A stretch of DNA of 64,000 nucleotides from Azolla caroliniana (Eukaryota; Plantae; Polypodiophyta): the NCBI GenBank assembly GCA_043228905.1, contig JBHGNT010000003.1, forward strand, positions 10,540,001-10,604,000, written 5' to 3'. A program made the translations under genes and the position numbers. Position 1 is the first letter of the stretch. Each line of letters opens with the position of its first letter. The notes under the pieces are model-generated. The model saw only the letters and a list, made by a program, of their open reading frames with translations. It had not been told where the DNA came from and did no database searches. Shown one piece after another: positions 1 through 12,885 of this stretch.

Positions 1-106
1 CGGGTACTCCACATCCGGTTTCGGCCGAGGCCTATCGGCCTCGACCGAGTTTACTCATCAATATTGTTCTTCTCACTTCCCATCCGGAGGGACCTGTTTC
101 CTAACA
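1..106 (-). mobile_element. Copia LTR 5' end (CCGG-rich family B group), cut by window edge
   Basis: Reverse complement starts TGTTAGGAAACAGGTCCCTCCGGATGGG, the same terminus seen at 1902, 2629 and 17739. Confidence 0.8.
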
Positions 107-520
107 TCCGGAGAAGGTCACATATGTAAATAGGTTTTGTACTATGCTTGTTTAGGCCATATTTGTAAATAACCTCAAAGTTATATAAGTATAAATATAA
201 CTAGGGCAAAACTATGTGTAATAGAGTCCATTGTGTAAGTGTAGAGTGTTCTTGACTGTGTAACTGTGAGATAGCGTGAGAGAGAGTGTGTGTTGTTGCA
301 TCTCTGTTGTAGTCGCCATTAGCGAAGAAGATGAGCTCGAGGTTGTTGCTTGCGGGTCTCCTTGTATTTCCTCTTTCATAGTGAAACAGTTCGGAGTTTG
401 GGGACTCCCGTGGTTTTTCCCTATTAGGGTTTTCACGTAAATTATTTTGTATCTCTATAATTCGGAATATGTGTTTCTGTATTATGTTTTTTGTCGATTA
501 AATCTTTCCACATCTTGTAT
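107..520 (+). mobile_element. Partial Copia family-B-type LTR
   Basis: Shares motifs (atatttgtaaata, tataaata, tagggcaaa, gactcccgtggtttttccc) with LTRs at 2635-3126, 32395-33175 and 41907-42439. Ends approximate. Confidence 0.6.
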
Positions 521-526
521 GTGAAT

Positions 527-937
527 CTAGAACACTGTTTTGACATCCAACTGTTCGATCTCCAAATCCATCCTAGCAGCTATGCTCAGAACAGTTCGGA
601 TGGATGTCATTTTCACGACTGGTGTGAATATCTCGTCAAAGTCGACACCCTTCTTCTGTTGAAACCCCTTTACCACTATGTGGGCTTTATATTTGGGTCT
701 ACTGTCAAGTTCTCTAGTCTTCACTTTGTAGACCCACTTGTATCTAAGTGCTCTCTTACCTTTTGGTAGCTCCACCAAGTCATAAGTATAATCTTTGTGC
801 ACTCAACTATTTCTCTTTATGCTCATTAGCTATGGCCTCTTCACAGCACTTAGGCTCACCTTCATTAGTCAAGAGAATGTATTGACTGGCATATGCAGTC
901 AGTGTTTTCCTTTCTGTGAGTGGGTATGTCATTTCTC
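527..937 (-). pseudogene. Copia reverse transcriptase N-terminal fragment
   Basis: Translation LLTNEGEP..EEA..; YDLVELPKGKRALRYKWVYKVK..YKAHIVVKGFQQKKGVDFDEIF..QLDVKT; interrupted by stops and by a Gypsy LTR at 938. Confidence 0.9.
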
Positions 938-1803
938 TGTTAGAGTTATGTTCTAAAGTAAGCATATGATAAGGATAACAAAGATAGATTAATAAGAAAG
1001 GAGAGAGAGAGAACGAAGGGTGCCGATCCACCCGACCACCCCCGAAGAGATGATGAAATAAGGGTGGCTAGGCCTCATATTTATAGCCAAACACAGGCCC
1101 TCAAGCAAGTTCGCAATTGGCCTAATGGGTTGTCTCAATCCCGAGGATTAAAAGTAATCATCCCCTTCTTTACACTCTCATTTAACCCTCACACTTTATC
1201 CACATGTATAGAATACTACGGGTTCACATGGGATATTATATGGTCATGCCCGTAACATACTCCCCCCCTCTTTAAAACATTGTACTCTTGCAATGGAAAG
1301 TTAGGGAAGTTAATTCTAAGAGTATTTTCGCGTTCCCATGTGGCATCTTTGATAGATTTTTCCATCCATTTAATTTTAAATTCTCCATGTGGAAAATATT
1401 TTGTTTTAACATCGAGAATTCTTTCTAGTACATGTGGTTTAGAAGATAATTCTTCAGACGTAACCAGAGTTTCAGTTGTCATTGTATTGTCCCCAAAACC
1501 AAGAAGTTCTTTTAGATGACTTACATGAAAAACTGGATGGATTTCAACACAATTAGGAAGAGCGAGATGATAGACTAATGAACCAATGCGTTTGAGGAAT
1601 ATAAAAGGTCCACAAAACCGTGGGGCTAACTTACCGCACTTACCCCTAGACAACGTCTTAGAATTGTGAGGTAGACGTAAAAATACTTTCTATCCAAGGT
1701 TGAATACACGAGGTTGCCTATTATGATTGGCATAAAAACGCGCTATATCTTGAGTTGTTTTTATATAATTCTCTCATGCAATCTGCAACATATCTTGCAT
1801 ATC
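938..1803 (-). mobile_element. Gypsy chromovirus family A, 3' fragment (integrase end, chromodomain, PPT, 3' LTR 938-1257)
   Basis: Homologous to 46690-47689; [31 protein letters not shown]; PPT AAAGAGGGGGGAGTA then TGTTACGGGCATGACC. Confidence 0.9.
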
Positions 1804-2208
1804 GGATATGCTGACGAATGTGTTGTTAGCCGAAAAGCTAAACGTGTGTCGATAGAGAGCCGGTTTGGTGAAGTACCCCATCTCAGAGTGAAGGGGGAGT
1901 TTGTTGGGAAACAGGTCCCTCCGGATGGGAAGAGAAGTGACAAGAACTACGCACTCCTGATGAACAATGCTCGGCCACAACCAAGCTTAGAATCAAACAC
2001 AGAAAAATGGGAATGAATGCACGACACAATGGAGAGAAGAGTACACAGGATGTTAACGTGGAAAACCCAAACTAGGGAAAAAACCTCGGCAGCCCACAAA
2101 CTGCAAACTATCACTATATCACAATGTACAATGGTAAAGCCCCGAGGCAACGACCTCGAGCTTGTTATCTTCGCCACAGGCGGCGGTTACAACAGAGGCA
2201 ACGACCTC

Positions 2209-2254
<46 letters not shown>

Positions 2255-3126
2255 CATTGTTGCGCTCTAATCTTGCGCCAACAAGAATGACAACATTATC
2301 ATTAAGTTTGCCCTAAGTCATATTTATACTAAAATGACTTTTCGGCTATTTACAAATATAGCCCCAATGGACTCTCAGAAACATATTTACGAATATGTCC
2401 CTTTATCCAGTGAGCACTCCTCACCAAGCCTGCATCATCCGGCGCTTGCCGAGCACTCATCATCCGGTTCTCACCGGGTCTTCCGTTTCCGGGTACTCCT
2501 CTCCGGTTCTCATCGGGTCTTCCGTTGCCGGGTACTCCTCATCCGATTCCCACCGGGTCTTTCGTTGTCGAGTACTCCTCATCCGGTTCTCACCGGGTCT
2601 TCTCATCCGGAGGGACCTGTTTCCTAACAAGAAGAACCGATTTGGTGAGTAACTTGGCCGAGGCCGAAACCGATATCGAAATCGAAAACCGAAATCGTTT
2701 CGGAAAACTATAATTGTAAATAGTCTAAAATGCCTCTTGGGGGTTATACTTGTAAATAGCCAGAAAGTTTCTTTTGTTTATAAGCAACTACGGCAAACTT
2801 TAGTAAGTAGTAGTTGATCATTATTGTAACGTTAGAATGAGGTAGGTGCCTCTGTAACAATGAGTGAGAGAGAGTGCGTAACTCTATAGCCGTTTGTTAG
2901 ACAAAGGAGAACTCAAGGTCGTTGCCACCGAGTTCCGTATTTTGTACTTCCTCTCTACCATAGTGATATGTTTTTCTGGAGGTTTGTGGACCCCCGTGGT
3001 TTTCCCCATTTCAGGTTTTCTACGTAAAATATCTGTGTCTTCACGTTTTTCTATCTGTGTACTAGTTCTTGGTTTCTACACACGAATACGAACGTGAAAC
3101 CGGTTGTGGCCGGTCGATTCCTATCA
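1804..3126 (+). mobile_element. Copia 3' end (RNase H tail, PPT 1891-1899, LTR 1902-3126) carrying a nested solo LTR
   Basis: DMLT.VL..EKLNVCR.RAGLVKYPISE* matches the end of ORF 31152-32384; AAGGGGGAG PPT; TG at 1902, CA at 3126. Confidence 0.85.
1938..2629 (-). mobile_element. Solo LTR (Copia family B group) with 5-bp TSD AGAAG; internal ~40-bp tandem repeats at about 2455-2610
   Basis: TG at 1938, CA at 2629; AGAAG at 1933-1937 and 2630-2634; homologous to the LTR at 32395-33175. Confidence 0.92.
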
Positions 3127-3398
3127 TTCTACATATTTAGCAAGTCTTTATCATTTCAAAAAAGTTTTAAAAACTTTAGATTCTTTTTTTGAAAAAACAA
3201 CTTTAAATTTTAATAAGTATTTAACGTATTTACAAGTATTCTATGTATTTAAAATATTCTACACGTATTCTAAGTATTTAACGTATTTTATTATATAAAA
3301 TATGTATTCTAGGTATTTTTACAAAAAGTTGAAATGCTTGTAGAATATTTAACATGCATATTCTACATGTATTTTATGCTAAGTATTCTACAACAATG
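3127..3398. mobile_element. Truncated copy of AT-rich MITE (same family as 4736-5110)
   Basis: Aligns with 4870-5110 and ends in the same TACAACAATG terminus; left part cut at the LTR end. Confidence 0.8.
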
Positions 3399-3399
3399 A

Positions 3400-4085
3400 C
3401 ATCGACGTCCTAGAATTTCATGGGAAGCAAGCAAAAAGATCCAAAATATGCATAAAAACATAATTTTGTGATCCAGTTGGATGCAAGATATGGAAAAAGG
3501 GTTTGGTAGATGGGATGCAACACATTTGCTTTATGATGCATCACTAGATTCCTGTGTAAATGAGGCCCTTTCGCAACACCAATGTATCACGACATGGGAC
3601 AAATGTGGAGGCTCATGCTTCACGCATTATTCTTCGTGGAACTAGGAAACCGTAAACATTGATACATGTTAGAGCCCATCCTGGTGTTTGCCATTTGAAC
3701 CATTGGTTCCATGCAACTTAGCTCACATGCATTGCGATATGAGATGGGGCGTTGGGGCACAAGTGATGAAAGTGGTCGATTATGCACATTGTACCCTAAA
3801 CAAGAACAAGTTCGAGAGCCTAAGTATCACACTTTGATACAATGCGCTACTTTTGATCATATTCGACCATGTTTTCCACGCATCTTCAACCAAACCAAAT
3901 CCTTGCATGAATTTGTCTCACAACCTCAAAGTGCACTCTCGATTGCAACATTCATTGGTAACGTTCTTGAACATCGAGAGTTCCTACTCACTTTCACATG
4001 ATACATGTGAAATGTAATATTTTTGGTCTAATAGGTAATATCCTCTAACGGCAATAATGGAATCTATTTATCTATCTATCTAACT
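3400..4085 (+). mobile_element. LINE 3' remnant (C-terminal zinc-binding region of ORF2 plus (TATC)n tail)
   Basis: LSSHALRYEMGRW..RLCTL..E..YHTLIQC motif typical of non-LTR ORF2 C-terminus; ends in atctatttatctatctatcta. Confidence 0.7.
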
Positions 4086-4429
4086 GTCTCTGTGTTATGC
4101 ATTGACTAAGGAACAATTTATTACAGCAACATGGTCGCATGATTATTTTTTATATTTTAAAACTAGAAGTTGAGATAATTGTTTTGAGTACTTGCATGCT
4201 TAAATAAGACATTAATGATAAAATACATAAGCAAAACAATGTAATGTAGAATTGGGTCAATAATGGATCGTGTGCTAAACATTGCTTATAGAAATTTGAT
4301 ATAGTGTCCAACATGGTTCGATGCCATCAAAGGTTGTCGATGAGGTGCTGGAAAATTTTGGTGGAAGCTCACATTCCTTCTCCATTGAGCCAATTGCAAC
4401 CATGTGTATTCTTTACAAGAAACAACGAT

Positions 4430-6250
4430 AAAATTACAAGATTAAGCACATGCTTGTAATGAGAGGGAAATGACATTTTGATATATTGTGGATTTGCAAG
4501 AAATGGAGATTACTTGCTATGAAGAATATAGCATTGCAAATCCAGGATACTTGCATGCCTAAACTACAGACCAAGATAACAATCTTAGCAGTTGAGCAAG
4601 AGTCACAAATAAAATCAAATGTTGAATTGACGCATTAAACTCCAAAAACATTATATGAAAGAGAGAAACAAAAGCAAAATGTTGTTATTAGAGGAATGCA
4701 AGAATAATAATTAGAGAATGCACTCTCCCTTGCCACTTAGTTGTTAAAAAAATGCATATTCTAGGTTTAGAATACGTTTTAGAATACGTTTTAGAAGACT
4801 TTGAAGTATTCTATACGTATTCTACGTTTTAGAACTTCCATTTTTCAAATTTTCACGTATTCTAAAAATTTGATGTATTCTACGTCATTAACAAGTATTT
4901 ATCATTTCAAAAAAGTTTTAAAAATTTTAGATTTCTTTTTTGAAAAAACAACTTTAAATTTTAAGAAGTATTTAACGTATTTTACAAGCATTCTACGCGT
5001 ATTCTAAGTGTTTAACATATTTTATTTGTAAAATAAATATTTCAAGTATTTTTTTTAAAAAGTTAGAATACTTAGTATATGTATTATATGCAAAGTATTT
5101 TACAACAATGCCTTGCCAGGAATATCATAAATTTCTTTGAAGATTTGTTATGCATAACGTGATGGTATATGGAGCAAATAGAGTTGGTACGAAGGGCAAA
5201 AGGGGGAATCATGTTGAGCCATTGTTTGCATAGTCTTAGATGATTGGAAAAGAGGTATCATTTTATATAGTAGAAAGATGTACCTAAAAGGTGCAAATTT
5301 CTTCAAGTATCAAAAGATTGAACACCAAAGGAGCAAGTACAAATTAGGCAAGACTATGCAGCAAGAAAAGGAATTGAAAATTCATAGCAGTGATGACCTA
5401 TGGGATTGCCTCAAGTTTGTAAATTATGTTTTGGAATTCTAAAGGATATTCATAGAATAAAGGCTTAGGATTAAGAGACGAAGCTAAGGGTATCAATATT
5501 ATATTTTCAAAGGTGAAACTTAGGAACGTGAGGCGAAATGTAGACCTACTATTGGTAACTACATCATAAAATATATGAGGTCCCACACTAGTAGTATTGG
5601 CGACATGTATATATAGTAAGGTCTTGGAAAACTACATATAAGTATGTAAGTATGATTAATACAAAAGATATATGTGGGTTGAAGTAACATTATGTAAAGA
5701 TAAACTTTATTTGGCATGTTGTTATATTCCTCAAAGAGAATTTGACTTCTATAATTTGTATGAGCTAGTTCATGATGATTTTATTTTTTATGTATATGTT
5801 AATATTCTTGACAAATGAGAAGATTGAAAATGTGTTGGTTCTAGGTTATTTTAATGCTAGATTTGGAACCTATCAAAAAGTGGAAGTTAATGATAATGCA
5901 CTGGTGTCATATTTGACGCATGACTCAAATGGTTATATTATTTCATATTATGGTAAGGCTTCTCATACACATGCTTAAATTCACAAACTTAAATATTCTC
6001 AATGATGCCCATGCATTTCTAACAATAAATTTTTTGATGTTTCTTTTAGCCTCAAGAGGTGGAAGTCTAATTAACTATGTATTGGTGCAACAATGTGATG
6101 TATCCATAGTGAATACATTCAATATTGGCCTCACTAGACTCAAACCACAAACCCTTATACTTCTACATTGCAACCAATGCATTATAGTACAAATGGAAAA
6201 GAGGTACACTATGAAATTGTAATGATTCAACAAGAGTTTGATGAAGTTGA
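4430..6250 (+). mobile_element. Degenerate LINE (ORF1-like region and AP endonuclease remnant)
   Basis: Fragments IWVEV..LACCYIP, VLVLGYFNARFG (GDFNAR-like), GGSLINYVLV (S.IDY-like); many stops; boundaries approximate. Confidence 0.65.
4736..5110. mobile_element. hAT-type MITE with 8-bp TSD CCTTGCCA
   Basis: CCTTGCCA at 4728-4735 and 5111-5118; imperfect TIR CTTAGTTGTTAAAA / TTTTACAACAATG; internal TATTCTA repeats. Confidence 0.8.
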
Positions 6251-6354
6251 CTCATGACATGAGAAGTCTCTCAACTTGTATCGAACTGGAATGGTTCGAC
6301 AAGAGCGCGAGGCTCCAATTTATAAGTAATGTGTGAGTTAGGAATGATGGTCTA

Positions 6355-6768
6355 TGTTACGGGCATGACCATATAATATCCCGTGGTAAGTTTTATTGTA
6401 GTATTTTATTACACATGGATAAAGTGTGAGGGTTAAACGAGAGTGTAAAGAAGGGAAGGATTACTTTTAATCCTTGGGATTGAGACAACCCATTAAGGCC
6501 AAGTGTGAACTTGCCTGGGGGCCTTAGGTTTGGCTATAAATATGAGGCCTAGCTACCCTCATTTATCATCCCTTGACTACGTCGAGACTCTGTCCTTGTG
6601 GTGTATCAACTCTTGTAGCAAGCACGCCAATACCAGGTACGACTCGATGCCACAACGGTGGTATGGGGCGCTGATCGAGGTTCGAGTCCGTCTCGATCCC
6701 TTCACTCAAGGGTGGTCAGTGGATCGACGCCCTTCTTTCTCTCTCTCCTCTCTTATTTTTCTATCTAT
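6355..6768 (+). mobile_element. Gypsy family A LTR, 3'-truncated
   Basis: Begins TGTTACGGGCATGACCATATAATATCCCGTGG and aligns with 47235-47640. Confidence 0.9.
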
Positions 6769-7432
6769 CTTGAATGAAGGGGCATGTTTGTCATGATGAT
6801 TTGCTAACCATTCAAAATTTTGTTGGGCTTGTTGAAGGCTGGTGTCAGAATTGGATGTACATCTCTTCTAATTGCTCCACGTGATGTTATGCATATGGAT
6901 TGATGGAGTCTTCCATCTCAACTAAGAAAGACCACATACGATGTTGGCCAAAGACTAAAAAGAAGGGAGTTTTCTTTGTAGAAGGATGAAAATATTATTA
7001 TAAGGAAACTCTACCTTGGGGAGCCAATTAACCCAATTATCTTGTTGATAGGAGATCAAACATCATAAATATTGCTCCAAGGTTTGATTACTTTAATTTG
7101 TTTGACCATTGCTTTATGGGTGATGCCCAAAGGATACTAATCTATGATCTCCAAAAGTTCCAAGATACATTTCCAAAAACTAGTGATGAATTGTGGGCGT
7201 CAATCACTAACAAATGGTATATTGTAGACTAGGATGGCGAAAAACTTCTAGAAGTAGAAATGAGGCTATGGCTTCGCTTATAGTTGATGAACACGGAATA
7301 AAATGTGCCTTTTCGGAGAAATGACCGATGACTGCGATAATGAAATCATAGTTGTGAGATTGTGGAAGTTAAGGTATAAAGTCGACGGAGATGCTTTTCC
7401 ATGGTTGCTCAGGTATTGGTAATGGATGAAGT
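6769..7432 (-). pseudogene. Old Gypsy integrase remnant (host of the 7433-17739 insertion), downstream part
   Basis: Minus strand reads LHPLPIPEQPWKSISVDFI..AHFIPC and continues the frame of ..APRHQPHGL at 17740. Confidence 0.8.
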
Positions 7433-9711
7433 TGTGAGGAAAAAACGCTCCACTACAACCGAGTCTTAAACACTCAATGGAAGAACAAAAAAACAGAAAT
7501 GGAGATTAATACGCTTACATAGACAACAGAGAGGACACAGGATGTTTACGTGGAAAACCCTAATAGGGAAAAACCACGGGAGCCTACAAACTCCAACTAT
7601 CTCTATCAGAAGAGGACTTGCTTCAGTCCATATAAGCTCTTCTCCAATGGGCACACCAGGTGCTCCTTCCCTTTCTTGACAAATCCTTCCGGCTGTTGCA
7701 TGTAGATCTGTTCTTTGAGGTCACCATGCAGGAACGTCGTCTTGACGTCTAGTTGCTTGACCTCGAGGTCCATGCTTGCCACTATGCTCAGCACAATCCG
7801 GATGGATGTCATCTTTACTACCAGGGCAAAGATCTCATCGAAGTCCACTCCTTTCTTTTGATGGAAGCCCTTCACCACAATGCGGGCTTTGTACCTTGGT
7901 GGATTTCCCACATCTCCCGGTTTTAGCTTGTACAACCACTTGTTCCAGAGTGCTCTCTTTCCTTTCGGCAGCTCTGTCAATTCATATGTGTGGTTCTCAT
8001 GTAGGGAATCCATCTCATCCTACATGGCACTTAACCACTTGCGGTTGTGGGTGTCTTTCTTTGCTTCTTGGAAGCTTTCCGGCTCCCCCTCGTTGGTCAG
8101 CAACACATGCTCTGCATCCGGAAATCTCCGGGGGGGCTTCTCTCTCTTAGAGGGTATCTCTATCCTTGATCTTCGACCACTGGCACCTCCGTCTGTTTTT
8201 CATCCGAATCCAATTCTGGATCTTGTCCGGTTCCGGTGTCTAATTCTTCTTCGATCGGTCCAATTCTTTGTCCGAATCCGTCTGGTTCATCATGGTCTTC
8301 GGCTGGCATCCGGTTTCCGACCGGATGTATCCTAACATCTTCTAACCAATCTCTGTCAGTCAACTCAGAGTCCATTATCTTCTTCTCTGACTCCTAGTCG
8401 GCAATGTTCTTGTCTTCCCTGAAGATTATGTCTCAACCCCGAAAGACCTTGTCAACCAAGTCCCATACCCGGTAGTCAAACTCGTCATTGTTGTATCCAA
8501 GGAATATGCATGACCAGAACTTTGGATCCAACTTTGCTCTCTTCTCCTTTGCAACATGCACGCAAGGGAGGCAACCAAACACCATCAGATGCCGGTAAGA
8601 CATGTCTTTACCGGTCCATACTCTTTGTGGTGTGTCTCTGTCCAAGGGTTTTGAGGGTGATATGTTAATCACGTACGTCGTCGTCATCAACGCCTCAGTC
8701 CAAAACGTCTTGGATAGCTTAACATGTGCCAGCATGCTCCGGACTCTCTCCATCATAGTCTGGTTCATCTGTTTGGCCAATTCGTTCAGCTCCGGTATCT
8801 TCAGCACGGTGAATTTGAGCCGGATTCCCTTCGACCGACAGTGCTCCTCAAACTACCCTCGGTATTCTCCTCAGTTGTTTGCTTGAACCGGCTTCAGCTT
8901 CCGGCTGGTTTCTCTTTCCACTCTCACGTGGAATTCCTTGAAGAAGGATAATACCCGGTACTTCCTCTTCAGTGGTGAGACCCACAGCTTTCGGCTATGG
9001 TCATCTATAAACATCATGAAGTACTGCGATCTGGCATGTGACTTCGCGTCCAGTTGGCATACATCGGTATGCACAAGTTCTAGCGGTGCATTCCGTCTTG
9101 ACGATGGTCTCGACCGGAAAGAGGTTCAATTCTGCTTGCCGGCCAAGCAATCGGTGCACTTCTCAAGCTACACGTCCTTCACCTCCAGAATGAGGTTATC
9201 TTCGGCAAGTTTTCTCATTCCTTTCTGACTCATGTCACACAACTTCTTGTGCCACAGCTCACTGGCATTTCCGGATGCCACGTTCACTTCCTCTCGACAA
9301 ATCCGAGCATGCATCAGGTACAACGTGTTGATCTTCCGGGCTCAAGCCACGATTAGGCTCCCTTTGCTGAACTTCATGACTCCATTCCGGATGCTACCCA
9401 TGTAGCCTTCATCATCTAGCTGACCGGTTGATATCAAGTTCAACCAAACCTCCAGAATGTGCCAGACATCCTTCACCAACAACTTGCAACCGGTTGACGT
9501 CGTCAACCACACGTCTCCTATGCCGATAATTCGGCATGGACCTTCATTTCCCATCCGGACAAAACCGTGATCTCTGGCTCTGTAAGATGAGAAGCACTTC
9601 CGGTCGAGGGTAAGATGGAACGACACGCCGAAGTCGACAACCCATGTCGTTTCGTCATTGACAAGGTTGTAAACGTAAGTGTTTGCGGAAGCGTAAAACA
9701 GAGAACAACAC

Positions 9712-9750
<39 letters not shown>

Positions 9751-12168
9751 ACAATTTCAAAATTATGTCAAGACACAGTATGCACTCTATGCTAAGTAGC
9801 ACTATTTATACAAGTCCTCTTGGGACTGACAGAAGTACCATGTACTTCAATGTTCACACGAGCATCTGACACTTACTACGAGACTATAGCTACCTAATAG
9901 TCTATCCTATACTAGGCTTCCGATTGGACTTCCGGTTACAGATTGCACCCGGCCTCCACTGCTTGCCTGTTTGGTTGCTCACCGTCATACCGATCCGTTT
10001 CGCCCGATCCATCTCGCTTACCGGCTCCGGCTTATTCAGCCGATCCGGCTCCAGTTGAGCTTACCGCTCAACACTCCCCCTCAAGCTCAACCTGAGGTGG
10101 GGTCGTAGTGTCGACCTCTGTGGCAGTCGGTTCTTCCAACCGACTTCTCCTAGCGTCACTCCGCCTTGCTCGCGCTCCTCGTCCGGTCCGGTCCCGTTTG
10201 CCGCGACCCCTTTGGTTCTGCGCGCCTCGACCCTCTCGGTCGGCATGTCTGCTCAATAGGCCCATCTCAGCACTCACGTTGCTGTGACTCTAGCGCTTGC
10301 CAATCTGTCGGTTCTCCCACGATGGCATCGACTTCCGCTGTGTCCGTGTCCCCTTGGCCTTCAGTCGATCCGACTCATCCGGATCCATCTGTTGATCCGA
10401 GTCAGTTGTCTCCGACTCGTTCCAGCTCTTGTCCGAATCGGTACACTCCGATTCGACTTCCGGCTTCAGGCCTCTCACCACATCGGACCACTTCCGAGTC
10501 TTGGCCTTCTCCATGCTTCCCTCGGCTTCTTCAGCTGGTGAACCGAAATCGAATTCTTCATTCGACTCCGCATCATGGTCAGTACCGTCGTGATGACCTC
10601 CGCACAACATGCACTTCTCTTCCTGAGTGCACAACTCTTCTTCACAGCCGCTTGCTCCGACCTGTTTGGATGTGTCGACTTCCTTCGTCGACTCGGCTTC
10701 CTTCATCTTCTTGTCTCCTCTTCTTCCGGCTCTCCTCTTACCGACGGGTTCAACAGTTTTTTTTTGGCCTTTGCCCGTTTCGGTAGAGACTTTGCCGTTG
10801 CTTCTCCCCCTCAAGTGTGGCATGTCGAGATGCTGAATACCAAGCATGTCAATAAAGTGCTGCAACTTGTCCGATCTGAGCGGCTTGGTGAAGATGTCGG
10901 CAACTTGCCGATCCGTATGAACATACCGTAGGTCAACTTCACCACTCAGGACCCGCTCACGCACGAAGTGGTAGTGCACCTCGATGTGCTTTGTGCGAGC
11001 ATGGAACACAGGGTTCCTGGCGAGCTGCAGGCTGCTCATGTTATCGCAGTAAATCGGGATCGGGGTCGGTACCTCGATCCGCAAGTCTCACAGCAGTCGC
11101 CGAAGCCAGATGGCTTCACAAGTGGCAACGGTAGCGGCCCAGTACTTAGCCTCAATGCTTGACAAAGCCACTCTGGGCTGCTTCTTGCTGCTCCACGCAA
11201 CGGCCGCGCTACCTATGGAGAGCATGTATCCGAAAGTGGAGCGGCGATAAGACGCATAGCCGGCCCAGTCAACATCTGTGTAACCGACAAGCTCTTCGGG
11301 TATACCTCGCCGGTATAGCAGTCCCCGGTCCTTAGTGCCGCTAACATACCGTAATATTCGTTGTGCGCACTGAAGGTGCTCCACGGTCGGCTTCTGCGTG
11401 AACTGACTTACCATGCTGACCGGATAGCTGATGTCGGGTCGGGTGATGGTTAAGTAGATCAGGCTTCCGACAACCTGTCGGAACCGTTTCTCATTGCAGG
11501 CCGGTCCGGAGTTGGGACGGAGCTTCTGGTTCCGGTCCAAGGGTGTGGAGACAGGTCGGCAATCCGTCATGACGAACTTATACAACATATTCAACACGTA
11601 ATGTCGTTGTGAGAGCAATATGCCGTCGGGGGTCTGGATCACTTCGATCCCAAGAAAATAATGAAGGTCCCCCAGGTCCTTCATTTCGAATGCGTCCGAC
11701 AACTGGGACTTGACGCGGTTGATTTCGAGAAGACCCGGTCCGGTGATGACAAAATCATCCACATACAAGAGTATACATACCGGACCGTCAGAGCCTTGCC
11801 GGATGAACAACGAAGAGTCCGACTTAGAGACAGCAAACCCCAGCTTACGCAACCGGTGTGTGATCTTCGCGTTCCAAGCTCGGGGGGCTTGCTTCAAGCC
11901 GTAAAGCGACTTCTTCAGTCAGCATACCGCCGACTTGTTCATCTCCGATTGAAATCCGGGGGGCTGAGTCATAAAGACTTCTTCTTCAAGCTCTCCTTGA
12001 AGGAAGGCGTTCTTCACATCCATCTGGTGAAGATGCCACCCCCTTGCCACAACAACCGCCAGCACCACACGAACCGTCGTCATCTTCGCCACAGGAGCGA
12101 AGGTCTCGTCGTAGTCGATTCCGTGGGTCTGCGCGTATCCCTTCGCCACTAACCGGGCTTTGTACCGG

Positions 12169-12885
12169 TGTCGTAGTGTATTTCGTACACTACGTGAAAA
12201 AGTAAAAATAATATAACCGATTTAATTACATATAAATAAATAAAATAATATATCAAGATATTTATCACGTGCATAGGGCAGGATTCGAACCCTGTACCTC
12301 CACGTAGCCAAACCTCAACTTTACCATTATGCTACCTTATCTTTAGTGTTCTACAAATAGATTTAATAACTATAAGTGCTTTATTTGCACCTACCTTTAT
12401 TAAAAGGTAAATCGTGCATTTTTAGAGTGCGTGAATAGAAAAACGCAAGCAACTAAAAAGTGACTCATGCACATCTAGCGTGCATGAGCACTATATTTAG
12501 CAAATAAAAGCAAGGATTAGAAAAGCATCACGTGCACATTTAGTGTGCATGAACATATTAGAAAAAAAAGCATGTAGCTATGCTTAGTCTCTCCCATCAC
12601 TATATAAGGATGGGGAGCACATTGTAGTTTTTGTTGATTATTTTTTCTATAATGATCAATCAATCTAAAATATTCGTGGGATTCACGAATTTGCTAAAAT
12701 AATTCTCTCTTACTACCTAAATATTGACTAAATATAGTAAACTCGTGGGATTCACGAGATTCTTATCTTATAACTCTTTATACCTATTCTTTACTAGCCT
12801 TATTTGTATTTTTCTTCCTCCTAGTCCAAAACCTCGGCGGTTCCCACCCGACTCACGCAACGATCCGGAGCCGAAAGGCACGACA
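12169..12885 (+). mobile_element. Solo LTR (family E, 717 bp) with 4-bp TSD CCGG, containing an antisense tRNA-like cassette
   Basis: Termini TGTCGT..ACGACA; CCGG at 12165-12168 and 12886-12889; removal restores [12 protein letters not shown] in host RT; TATA-like CTATATAAG at about 12600. Confidence 0.88.
12271..12341 (-). promoter_or_regulatory. tRNA-like Pol III A-box/B-box cassette inside LTR E
   Basis: A box TAGCATAATGG (12334-12324), B box GGTTCGAATCC (12291-12281); acceptor and anticodon stems degenerate, so not a functional tRNA. Confidence 0.7.

Noticed and set aside
1797-1811. Palindrome GCATATCGGATATGC at the Gypsy/Copia junction
   Set aside because: Each half is native sequence of its element (Asp-Met codons on opposite strands); too short to separate from chance.
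6679-6689. B-box match GGTTCGAGTCC in a Gypsy family A LTR
   Set aside because: Not conserved in sibling LTRs (GGCTCGAGTCC near 47558; GGCTTGAGTTC near 36440) and no A box at tRNA spacing.
12271-12341. Functional tRNA gene
   Set aside because: Acceptor and anticodon stems pair poorly; reported only as a tRNA-like cassette.
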